A stretch of 55,139 nt of DNA from Perkinsus olseni (lineage: Eukaryota), in NCBI GenBank assembly GCA_013115125.1, contig JABANN010000187.1:1-55139 (forward strand), written 5' to 3'. The first letter of the stretch is position 1. The number at the start of each line of letters is the position of its first letter. The notes under the pieces are model-generated. The model was not told where the DNA came from, searched no databases, and was given only the letters and a program-made list of their open reading frames with translations. Shown one piece after another: positions 35,389 to 49,473 of the stretch. Made by a program: the position numbers and the translations under genes.

Positions 35389-36423
35389 ATGGCCGTGCTT
35401 GGTTACACTCTGGCGGAGCTTGGCATAATAGCGGCATGCTTCACCTGCAATGTCGCATTGGTTAACTCAGTGAAGTTTATCCAGTATACGTTACATTACC
35501 CCTACCCTCTACTCATAAGTGCCATGCACATGATATTCTCATGGCTGGCCTGTGGTGTGTATGTCAAATTTAGTGTACCAGCATTGAGGGAGTACACCTT
35601 CAGTCGGTACATGAAGGAAGTATTCCCAGTGGCGGCTATGGCCAGTGCGAGTATTGGTTGTGGTAATATGGCATTGAAGTACATATTCCCATCCTTCCAC
35701 GAGTTACTACAACAGACCAGCCCAGCAGCCCAAGTGTTGGTATGTGTATTGATCTATCATCAACACTACAACCTGCCAACCTACCTATCAATGATACCCA
35801 TCTGTGGCGGCGCTATTATGTGCTCTGGTGGGGAGGTTAACTTCAACATCATCGGCGTTACATTCTCCATTGGTGCTGTACTTACCCGGGCACTCAAGAA
35901 TACCATGCAAGCCCATCTGATGACAGTATCCTTCTCTACTATAGAACTACTATTCGCATTAGCCCCTGCCAACTTATTTTTCTTCATGACAGCCTCGGTA
36001 ATATCAGAAGGCCCCATCGAACCAGCTGTGAATCTCGTGAAGGCCCCCACGGTGCTCCTCGCTGTTATTGGATCATCTATACTGGCTTGCTCTTACAATC
36101 TTCTTGCTTTCAAAATGTTACAAGTTTTGTCACCGGTCGGGGCGATGGTGGTGCACACTTTGAAGACGCCTGCCACGTTGCTCGTCTCGTGGATGTTGTT
36201 TGGCAACCAGGTTGGGATTTTACAGATAGTTGGTTTCATTATTATCACAGCGGGAGTGTATTATTATAAGCACTTCGGTAAGGAGATGACAGAAGATAAT
36301 TATCAGTCTGTGGAGGGGGAGGTCAAGCGAGAGTTGGAGGAATTCGATATCGAAGACAACAATTCCGAGGTTGATTCTGTTTCCAGCGACGCGGATGGCG
36401 AAAAGGAGGCGGGCAAGGAGTGA
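35389..36423 (+). CDS. TPT-family transporter, copy 2, intronless
   Basis: Paralog of 32394-33389; ATG at 35389 (MAVLGYTLAELG) aligns with the copy 1 start. Confidence 0.9.
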   Translation: MAVLGYTLAELGIIAACFTCNVALVNSVKFIQYTLHYPYPLLISAMHMIFSWLACGVYVKFSVPALREYTFSRYMKEVFPVAAMASASIGCGNMALKYIFPSFHELLQQTSPAAQVLVCVLIYHQHYNLPTYLSMIPICGGAIMCSGGEVNFNIIGVTFSIGAVLTRALKNTMQAHLMTVSFSTIELLFALAPANLFFFMTASVISEGPIEPAVNLVKAPTVLLAVIGSSILACSYNLLAFKMLQVLSPVGAMVVHTLKTPATLLVSWMLFGNQVGILQIVGFIIITAGVYYYKHFGKEMTEDNYQSVEGEVKRELEEFDIEDNNSEVDSVSSDADGEKEAGKE

Positions 36424-36564
36424 GAGAACCTGTCTGGAGTGGCTGCACTAAATCTTGCACTATTGACGAAAGTTCAACTTCTTATGTCAGTCTTAACGCG
36501 GTGGAGGGTCTTTGGTTAATTAGTGAACTTGGTGTCGAGGGCGAAAGTTGCTGTTCGTTTCGTC

Positions 36565-39500
36565 ATGGCTGCTGCGGACGAAGCAGCACCCGAGAAGGTG
36601 CGGACCTTAACCGAGAGTCGGGGGAAGATAAAGGAGGATGATGATGTGGCTTTGGACGTTGTAGTTGATCTCATCGTTCGAGGCTTCGCAGAGAACACGC
36701 GGCATTTGCAGGACATTGAACGTAAAGTAGTAGGCGGAGGACGTGATGGCTGCGGTTGTCAGAATAGCAGAGGAAGAGCGTTGCTTGCCTGGGCTAGGCT
36801 GATTGGGTGTTTGGCTGGTCAGGTCCGTAGTGGTACCAATACCGAGCCGAGAGCTGTTGTTGGCTCATCTATCTTTACTGGGGCGAAGGTGAGGATGAGG
36901 TGGAGGGGTCCTCTTTTCTCGGTCGTCGCAGTATGGTGGACTGGTGGGCGTGTGATCTTACTTGCTGCTTTTTGTTCTCGGATATTCTCGGGACGTGACT
37001 GGAAGAAGTGCATTTTATGGATGATACCGCACCAATCGGAACTTCCAAATTTCTCATGCCGGCATATATCGCCCGTCGGAAGCCTCGTCTCGCGTACCAC
37101 TCTTCCCCCTAATCTTTCGGCCCTCTCCTCTCAGTGTGCCCACAGCCATCATCATGACCACTCTACCGCAGACGACCCTATCGGGAAGGAGGTTGACGAG
37201 CTGTTGGAGCCTCCCAGCCTGCGGACTATGGTTCCTGCCATCATCAGGAGTTGTACTGATGTCTATAACAAGGTCATAAGAATGGCCGTCTACGATACCG
37301 TCCGCAAGATCTTGCATTGGCGTTACTCAGCCCATTGTATTTGGTAATTATTTCTAGACGTAATTACTGATGCTACTTTACCATTTTGGATCAACCCCGC
37401 GGAATGGGGTTTATATTTTTCTGAATAGAAGGCTGTCGAAAAAATTACTATGTAAATTTAATTTTAATCAAGTAAAAAATCATTGATGCTACTTTACCAT
37501 CTTCGATCAACTCCGCGGAGTTCTGTTTGAGATTTGAGTGCGGCTTTTGATGGTAATATCTTCAGGTTGTTCATAGAGCCAGAGAGGACGGTGAAGATAT
37601 GCCGGACGAAGTGAGGTCATATGTTAGAAAGGAGTGCCTTTTAAACTCGGCAAAGCAGGAGATCGTTACAACAGGAAGGAAGTGGTTACAGAGTAGGAAT
37701 CACGCTGGGCTGTTGATACGGTATTATTATGAGAAGCTCTCAAACATAGATACCGTTTGCACGTGAGTTTGGATTTTTCGATCCTGCATCCGTGGAGTAA
37801 TCGACTGTATAATTTATCTTGATCGTTGGGCGTCGTCAAAGGGCGCGTATGCTAAACATAGACCTGAGCCCTCGCTCAACCAGCCAACACTGGAACTCAG
37901 AAGCGGTTTTCGCACGAAAAATGTGGTACCGCAACCGATTCTGACTTTCAGTGTTGGTCTTCTGAGCGCTGGAATGATCTGAGGAACGTATGAGATGACT
38001 CTGCCAATTCCCTGTTGTAATGCCGACACGGCGCTGCTTGCGGTTGGTTGTATTCATCGAGATTTGATATCTAATACCATTGGTCGTTGCTGGTGAGGAG
38101 ACTTCACCGTGAGTGAGCGTAATACAGCCTTCCCTAGACTAGTTTTGATCGGCACTACTGGAATCAGCGCCTACAGTCCACCACCGCTTTCAGGTCAGAA
38201 CCAATCCCGCTCAACCGAAGGAGGCACTTACGCTAACCCTATAGCGTTGAAGCAGTCTCCGGTGAGTGGCGGTGGTCCAGACAACAGGAGTAGCCTTCAG
38301 TTTAGGTATGCGAAATAGACGGCTCCCATCCACTCGATAGGCTCCAACCAGACACTATACGCTCTTTGATGGAGAAGGGGTGGGCTGTTCAAGATGGGTA
38401 GTACCGAGGGGAAGGGGCTAATCGGGCGTTTATCAACTACAGTTGGCCTGACTTGAAAACTCTCATCTACCAGACATCGCGTTAGAGTGGACTCCATTCG
38501 AGTTTACAGCTTCGTTACAGCTTTACCTTGCTCTCCCGGTTACCGGAATGTCTTTGGGGGCCGCCTCGCAGCCTCGGGTAGGGTGACTATGATGGGCGAG
38601 CCCGAGGCAGTAGAAATGATGTGCCATTTGCCTCGCGGTATTTCCGTCATGCCGCCTGCGAGCTCGGATATTCGATTTCGGATTCGGGGTGTTCTTCTTG
38701 GAGGGGCTGTGAAGTGGGTACTATTGTAGGTTCATAGGAATGAGAGAAGTTAAGAAGATAAGGAAGGAGATTGAGCTGCTGGAGTTCGAGGGACACTTTG
38801 ATACGCTCTACGGTCAAAGCTTAATCGGCCTACGCAACGATAAGATCTGCTACCCTAAATACAAAGGCAGTTTCGTCCTAGATTGCTCAGCTCTATCGTT
38901 TGAGTATAGTCGATTCTCTTCCTTGAGGTCGGGGCTGGGTCCTGAGACAGGGGGGCAATGGTGGTGGAAGAGGAGGGGAAGTGTGTTGTTTCAGATTTGG
39001 ACGTGGAGGCCTATGAGTGGCTCCGATGGCTCATTGCTGAGCGCCTGCAGGACCTCCCCTTCGAGCTCAATGCCAAGCTCTCCGGGGAGCACATGCTATT
39101 ACAGATACACACGCAGGTGATGATGAGATGGGGATTGGGCGTTGTGAGGTTAAAGTCGTGGTGATAGCATATACTGCGGGTTGTGTGGGTTGTTCGATCT
39201 CTTTCCGGGCAGCTCGGGAATCATGGCGAGGGTTTTCCTGCTCTTCCGGCGTCTCTGCTGGACACTAGAATATTCTTCTGATGAGTTGTTGTGGACGTGA
39301 GTGGTCAGCCTGACCCGGGCGGTTCGCTGTTTTCAGATACAAGTTGGCATCTATCCGGCTGAGAACGGTTTCTATAAACGTCATATGGATGGGGGGTATG
39401 GGGAGAAGGACGTCGGCAGAACTTTTTCCGCGGTGGTCTTTATGAATTCGGAAAAGGACTATCGGGAGTAGTGCGGAGGGAGCTCGGGCGGCGGCATCTT

Positions 39501-40133
39501 GCGAGAAAATTCTTCATTCAAATCTGGAAGGTTAGAACTAGATCTGATGAGCGTATGATTTGGATTTTCCCGAGTCGGGAAAATCGGGAATCCCGACTTC
39601 CTCATGGTTCGGGATTTGACTGATGGGTGATAACGACTTAGTTGTCTTTTAGGGACGGCGGTGATGGTGGTGAGGTGGTACTGTACGGAGAAGGGCCGGA
39701 TGATAGAGTAGGGCATCCTATGGGGAACGAACAGCGTGAATGTAGTCTCGAATATCTTCTTCGAACGTCGCAGTAGACTCGACAGTATCGAATCGGTAGT
39801 GTCGTTGGGGTATTACCTTCTAACACGCAGTATCATTGCTGAGATTACCTTTCTTCTGTGTAAATATTGGAATCTTTCGGAACGATAGCAGTGGTTCGGA
39901 GGGTACCGCCATAATTCAGCGACACTACGGAACTGATTCTGTATCATCGTTTTCGAATCCATTATTGATCATGGTGTCAGGTCTTGAAAAAGATATCTCC
40001 GGTAGGAGGTAGGTTGGTTCTATACAACTCCAGGGTGGTGCCTCATGAGATTCTGCCTACATCCTGTGGGTCTGGAGAGAGGCGTATAGCGGTCACAGCG
40101 TTCCTCACTGGACCGCAGACGACTAAGAAGTGA
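36565..40133 (+). CDS. 2OG-Fe(II) dioxygenase, EGLN/PHD prolyl-hydroxylase-like, multi-exon
   Basis: Exons LMEKGWAVQDG/FIG, LRNDKICY, IQVGIYPAENGFYKRHMDGG...RTFSAVVFMN, GDGGEVVLY, ISPVGGRLVLYNSRVVPHEILP...RRIAVTAF: HxD...H iron triad plus the 2OG-binding Arg. Confidence 0.82.
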
Positions 40134-40219
40134 TCTAAACCATGGCTCGCGTTGTTGAGTTGCGAGTTGGACCCTCCAACTTGGAGGGATTGCGCTGCCT
40201 CCCAGCGATGCAGTAGAGG

Positions 40220-43018
40220 ATGAGGTATTGAATCTGGTGGAGGTTGTCGTAGTATCTTAGGTTGATGGTTAAATTTGGCAGAGCCTATAGATCTGTCCGC
40301 AGCCGGCCAGTATCAGTGGGCAGCGTATCAGTGGCGGAGTTATCAGCTCGGGCGAGAGGCATAAACCCAGTGTTGGCCCGGGCGTGGGTGCACGTGTATG
40401 ATACTACTGCAGAAAGCGCTCCGTGGTTGAGCGAGGAGAATGTAATATTCTGGGGCTGCTATCGTCCGTCGCCATCTTGGCTCGAGCCGTTCATTCCAAG
40501 TCTATGCCCAACTCTCGTTCATCAACGTACTCGGTGTCTCTCTCTTTGTTGGAAGATGATTGAAATTTGCAGTTCTGTGCGTTGTCCTCCTCAAAAAAGA
40601 GGGACAGATAGGCCTAACTAGTTGCAAGCCTTTCTTGATGCCCATCAACATACGGAATCCGTAAGTTGATGCAATGATGTCGTATCTTTCATCACATCGC
40701 CCCACTAAGTCATTGCGGACATGCCACGCTCAACTCTCACGAAAAAGAGGTTGGATGATGTCACGTTTCGTCCTCTACTCTTTTTCAATGACAGTGAAGA
40801 TCTTGGCGTGGCCTAGAAGGACGACCCCCTGACGAAAAACTATGGAGGGACGGTTCCTACGAGTCCTTTCACTTGAGAGGGAAGAAGGGTGGGATTCTCC
40901 ATGCGGACGATTTGGACGTGTGGTATAAAATGGCTGGTGGTTTCAATGAATGCTATCCAGAATGCCGCGCAAGGATGCTGCCCTTCGCAGGCTGTTCTCG
41001 AGTGACTTCGAAGGGGTGCTGCAAGCATCCTGGTGTACAGTGCTCTTGGTCGCAATAAGTTTGGTATATGAGTATATTCTAACCCACTTCTAACCTATCT
41101 CACGTCATTGCCAATATCTGAGCTTGGCAATCACGTCGTACTACTGGGCGACAACTACGGAGTGGCCTACGAATGGAATGGGTATATAGCAGTTTGAGCA
41201 TCGATACTAGGATAACCTTGCAGAGTTTCTGGCTCACTCTGCAAGAGTGTTTTACGAAGTACGGCTTCACGGAATGAGTAGAGGAAGGCTTTATGGGGTC
41301 AACCTCATTTTGAAGCCTTCGTATTGGAGCCCTTCAAGCCCTTCAAGCCCTTCAAGGCTGTCAAGGGTAACTGCTTCGGTCTTGAGCGAAGGGATGGCTG
41401 GCGAAAACGACCGTAGAATTTCCGGCCGCATGAGTTGGCGCTGGTCTATCTTGGTCGTTGAAGGCTCACATTGTTTGAAACAATGCTTCATGCCTTGTTT
41501 CGATGTTCCGCGTCCATGGCATGTTCTATTATTTGGAAACAATCTGTCTCCGATCATGCCGAGGGGTACCTCTGCAAACACGAAGATGTTTATTGTCTGT
41601 GACTAGGGGAAGTTGCCTCTTCTGCCGTCACTTGCTGGTTGGTGTAGGCCCGCCATTAACGAGGCTCCGTGGTTGGTTGAGGGACGTGCCGTGTGCTAAT
41701 TTATGCTACCGGTCCAGCGTCAACCGGTTTTCTGTATTTAGATGATATACGCACGAGAGCTGTTCTCCAAGAAGGTGGTGGGGTACCCTTTGATTGGCCT
41801 GTGGAATGTTGAACGGAAGTCGGCCAACAACGCCCACCGGACTCCGGCGGTGGTAGGTCTGCCTGAGCGTTGGGTTCAGCGAGGGACAAATCCTCAGGTC
41901 ATTTGCGGTCGGTCGAATGTTGGTAAATCTACTCTGATTAATGAGCTGCTCTACGGCCGACAATTCGACCAGGTCAAGCATCGCGCGAGGTTGTCCTCGC
42001 ACAACATAACTCACGCACCAGTGTCGAACAAGGCTGGGCGGACCAGGCATATTTTCCGGTTCGACCTTGGTGACCGGTTAAGGCTTGTGGATCTGCCTGG
42101 TAGGGTCGGGCGTCTAATTTGTGTTTAGCTGTAATTCTCAGGTTACGGTTTTGCAGAGGTTGAAGGAAGCGTCCGAGATGAATGGGCTACGCTGATAGAA
42201 AGATATCTTCAAGTGGCCGGGGAGGAGTCGAGTCAGCTGCAGCGTGCGATCAGTCTGGTAGTAGTTTCACGCCATTATCATTGCTGAACGTACTTTTACA
42301 TGGATCGTATCTACCGGGTGTCCTCCCGCGGACGGGACGGGCGGGACACCCTGTTGTCGTCGTTATGTTTATCTTCGTAGGGGTTGCCGATTAGTATTGG
42401 AAACACAATTTGGACTGAGGCGGCTTCGACGGGCTGAGTGTGCTCCCACAGGTTGATGCGCGGAGGGGCGTCAAGGGACTGGATCGAGCCCTCTGGGACA
42501 TGCTACAGGAGAAGCGGATACCCTTTCAAGTCACTAGCGACTGTCCAACCCCGTGGTGATCTATGCCGATCAGGTTGTTCTGACTAAGGTTGACCTCGTC
42601 CATGACGTCTACGAGCTGCACGACACGATGGAGCACATCATCGCCATACTTCAAGTAGGGTAGCGTCTGTTGGAATAACGCTACCGCCAAAGACGAAGGG
42701 AGAGGGTCTTACTATCTGTATACTAGCAGCTGCAAGAACAGCAGAAATGTGAATGTTAGAATGTGTAGCTACTGCAACAATGATGCGCGTGCCACAACAA
42801 TGAATGCACAGCATGTAGTAGATCTCATAGCATCGTCCTCATGTGGAGTCTCAATGTTCCGTGTGCAGGAGTATGATAGAGAGGTCCTCTGGCCGTACAT
42901 TCACGCAGTTTCCAGCCTCCACAAGCACGGGATTAACGACCTCCTGCTCAGTCTCTCTGCCGTCGCTAGAGACTTCGAGATGCTTGGTCAGGCGCGTAGA
43001 GTGTCGGGTGGGGGTTAG
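40220..43018 (+). CDS. engB: EngB/YihA (YsxC)-family ribosome-biogenesis GTPase, probably organelle-targeted; 5' exons tentative
   Basis: G1 [23 protein letters not shown]3 LVDLPG/YGFA, VDARRG, G4 [17 protein letters not shown]. Arg/Ser-rich N-terminus resembles a transit peptide. Confidence 0.85.
40465..40486 (+). other. Relict spliced-leader (SL) sequence inside an intron
   Basis: TCCGTCGCCATCTTGGCTCGAG: 2 mismatches to DCCGTAGCCATYTTGGCTCAAG. Lies in predicted intron 40384-40621; followed by ccgttc... and an ATG at 40504. Confidence 0.75.
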
Positions 43019-43422
43019 GGCATGTTTGGCTGTGGTTTCTGATGATGGAAGGTCGTTGTGTTCGGAGTAGTAGTACAGGGACCAGAGTACTGTCTTGGGG
43101 TTGAGCTCATCGGCCATCTCGAAGTTGCGGAAATTGTGGTATTGATTGTGTGGAGACTGACTTTGAATGAACATGAAAGTTGCCACGGCTGATCTTCCAC
43201 CGCATTTCGGATGCCAGCTCGATTTTGAGGGATGGATGGTGACACGCTGATTATTCCCAATCATCCTCCACCTTGTTTTCTATAAACTTGTGAAGGCAAC
43301 TGACGGCATTTGTGGTGGTATTGGGGTGACCATGTGGCGATTGTGCCATATGCAGCATGATGTATTAGGGAAGCTTCTATCGAAAAGGCACTGTGAAAAC
43401 TGATAGGTTGGAAGGGTTGAGT

Positions 43423-46950
<3,528 letters not shown>

Positions 46951-47181
46951 TGATCAGGAAGTGTTGTGTTGTTATTGCGGGGGTTTATCACCAGCGGGCG
47001 CCCAGGATTCCGCACGCATCCCCAGACACGAGTGAAACGGTTGGATAGGCCACCCACATCCGCTTGAACTCGCGCCAACCGGTATGCTTTAGTCCACCTT
47101 TATTAAGGGTTCTCGTGAGTGGTCCTTCTTGGGTAGGCTGAAGAAACATTGTCATCACACGGTAAGTTGTGTTTTCTATCT

Positions 47182-48231
47182 ATGCTTCATCACCTGCTAG
47201 CCAATTTGTTCGTGCTGTGCACCACCGTGGCCGCCTTCGGCACCAGTATTGATGAGACTCCTACCTCTGCGAATCACTGTGAGGAAGCCTGCTCTCAAAC
47301 GGTCGGTTGCGAACGATCCTATTGTAAGGCTAATGGTGTGTGCTTCGGCCTGTATCACAAGGGTGACTCGAAGTGCTACCAGCCTGGGGCCTCCGATGGT
47401 TATTGTGACGATGCTACCTTGGAGCCTGTCAGATGTGTTGATTATCCTCAAACCACCTGCAGTGAAGTTTGTAATTCTGTGGACGGCTGCAAGAGCTCTG
47501 TTATGGGCACATACTGCAAGGACTGGCTTGAAAGTCCGGTATGTTTCGGTATCATCACGAAAGGCGATGGTACGCTGTGCTTTGCGCCGACTGATAACGA
47601 GTGTGAAGGAGATTCCTACCCTTGTGAAATCTTCGGCACCACTGAGGCTCCCGTAGACACCACCGAGGCTCCTGTCGACACCACTGAGGCTCCAGTCGAC
47701 ACCACTGAGGCTCCTGTAGAGACCACTGAGGCTCCTGTAGAGACCACTGAGGCTCCTGTAGAGACTACAGACGCTCCTGTAGAGACTACTGAGGCTCCTG
47801 TCGAGACTACTGAGGCTCCTGTCGACACCACTGAGGCTCCTGTCGACACCACTGAGGCTCCTGTAGAGACTACTGAGGCTCCAGTCGACACCACTGAGGC
47901 TCCTGTCGACACTACTGAACCCTCAATCGACACCGCCGATCCAGCCCAGCCTAGTGTTGATGACGTGGAAGGGGATTGGTGTGGTGATACTCCTCTTGGT
48001 GCTATGAGAGTAACTCTCAGAGAAGATGGAACCGCGTCTATTTTCATATCGGGTCAGCCGTTCACCGCTACCTACTATCTCGATGGCTATGATATCATCA
48101 TTCAGAATCCTGATGAATCACTACAGAGCCTCCTCACCGCGCTTGACACCAGTCTAGTCACGAGATACACTCCGGAGGGCATCTCCGTTGAACTTGTTAA
48201 TCTTTTCTCCACCACATTGTCTAATTGCTAA
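47182..48231 (+). CDS. Secreted protein with 2 SYCK modules, TTEAPV(D/E) repeats and a C-terminal 'GxWCG' domain (SYCK member 3)
   Basis: ATG 47182 with signal peptide; ERSYCKANGVCFGLYHKG and GTYCKDWLESPVCFG modules; 21-bp repeats; C-terminal PSVDDVEGDWCGDTP domain. Confidence 0.88.
   Translation: MLHHLLANLFVLCTTVAAFGTSIDETPTSANHCEEACSQTVGCERSYCKANGVCFGLYHKGDSKCYQPGASDGYCDDATLEPVRCVDYPQTTCSEVCNSVDGCKSSVMGTYCKDWLESPVCFGIITKGDGTLCFAPTDNECEGDSYPCEIFGTTEAPVDTTEAPVDTTEAPVDTTEAPVETTEAPVETTEAPVETTDAPVETTEAPVETTEAPVDTTEAPVDTTEAPVETTEAPVDTTEAPVDTTEPSIDTADPAQPSVDDVEGDWCGDTPLGAMRVTLREDGTASIFISGQPFTATYYLDGYDIIIQNPDESLQSLLTALDTSLVTRYTPEGISVELVNLFSTTLSNC
47638..47920 (+). repeat. 21-bp coding tandem repeat (TTEAPVD/E), about 13 units
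   Basis: accactgaggctcctgtagag / ...gtcgac units. Confidence 0.9.
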
Positions 48232-48915
48232 GTTTTGTTTGCAATCCAGTGTGATGCATGCCCTCTCAGGTGAGAAGGTTCATGCTAGACTAATTCTTTA
48301 ATTTAAATACTTAGGAACTGATGATCAGTGTAGACTAATGTGTGTCCACGGGACGGGTTGCGTGGATATAGTTCAATGGAGGGATGCGCAGTCATACGGT
48401 TCATCTTAGTCTCGAAGCACTACCCAGTCAATTGGGCCTCCCAAGCTATCCGAATTGGCTTGATTTCTGCTCATTCGAAAAACAGCGAAGACGCGGGTCT
48501 GCATATCCTAGCTTATTGTCGAATCCAATCTACTGTGTTTGAGCATTCGGACTCCGGATTCCAGAGAGATTCCTTTCTGTAAGTGAGTTCTTTGTCTTTT
48601 GCATTTAGGCTAAACCTTTTCTCGACAGGTTTTACGCTTCTTTGACTTAGCCGTGGATGATGCTGTGTGTTGAGTGTTTGAGCGATCAAACCTCATTCAG
48701 AATTCATTGACGATGCATTTGATTTCAGTGCATCTCAAGTCTTTCCTGTGCAGGAGTATCTTGAAACGCCTGCTCGGATTCTTCGTGTTCTTATCGCACT
48801 ATAATTCTTTCCTCCGTAACAAGATTGCTATTGGAACAGTACATGAGTCACTTCATAAACTTGTGCCGACTCTCGTTACAACCCTTCAGGTCTGCAATTT
48901 TATATTCCAATCGTC

Positions 48916-49473
48916 ATGAACTCCCCTCATCAACCCATCCTCGCCCTATTTCTCCTCGCCGTATGCTGCCAGGGCTCCGTCCAAGATACGGCATGCGAGA
49001 GCATCTGTTCTGGTGTGATCGGCTGTGGTTCGTCTTACTGCAAGTCTTGGAAGACTCCTCCGCACTGCTTCGGCATCCTCATCAAGCCCGACTCTTCACT
49101 ATGCTATGCCCCAGCTGACGCCACTTGTACAGGTGAAGAGCATCCTTGTGAGCAAACAACTGCCACCGCGGCGCCATCTGTTGGTACACCCTCGGTCAGC
49201 GATATCGTTGGATCTTGGTGTGGAACGTCACCTTATCCAGGAGGCGACTTCCGGATCACTTTCGACCAGACGTCTGTTCTCCTCGCTATAGTGGATAAGA
49301 TCTACACTGCGGACTATTCCCTCGAGGGTTACGAGATTGTCTTCAGCAACTACGACGATGACTTCAAGCAGCTTCTCCAAGCCCTTGGCTCTCAGCCGTA
49401 TGCCGAGTACAGGGCTAGTGGACTATTCATAGATTTTAGTGGTATATTCACCGATACCGCTTCGAGGTGTTGA
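48916..49473 (+). CDS. Secreted protein with 1 SYCK module and a C-terminal 'GxWCG' domain (SYCK member 4)
   Basis: Signal peptide; CESICSGVIGCGSSYCKSWKTPPHCFG; PSVSDIVGSWCGTSP domain aligns with the member 3 C-terminus. Confidence 0.85.
   Translation: MNSPHQPILALFLLAVCCQGSVQDTACESICSGVIGCGSSYCKSWKTPPHCFGILIKPDSSLCYAPADATCTGEEHPCEQTTATAAPSVGTPSVSDIVGSWCGTSPYPGGDFRITFDQTSVLLAIVDKIYTADYSLEGYEIVFSNYDDDFKQLLQALGSQPYAEYRASGLFIDFSGIFTDTASRC

Noticed and set aside
41873-41897. Non-canonical splice donor before the EngB G1 motif
   Set aside because: The frame is open across the segment and the true donor cannot be fixed without cDNA.
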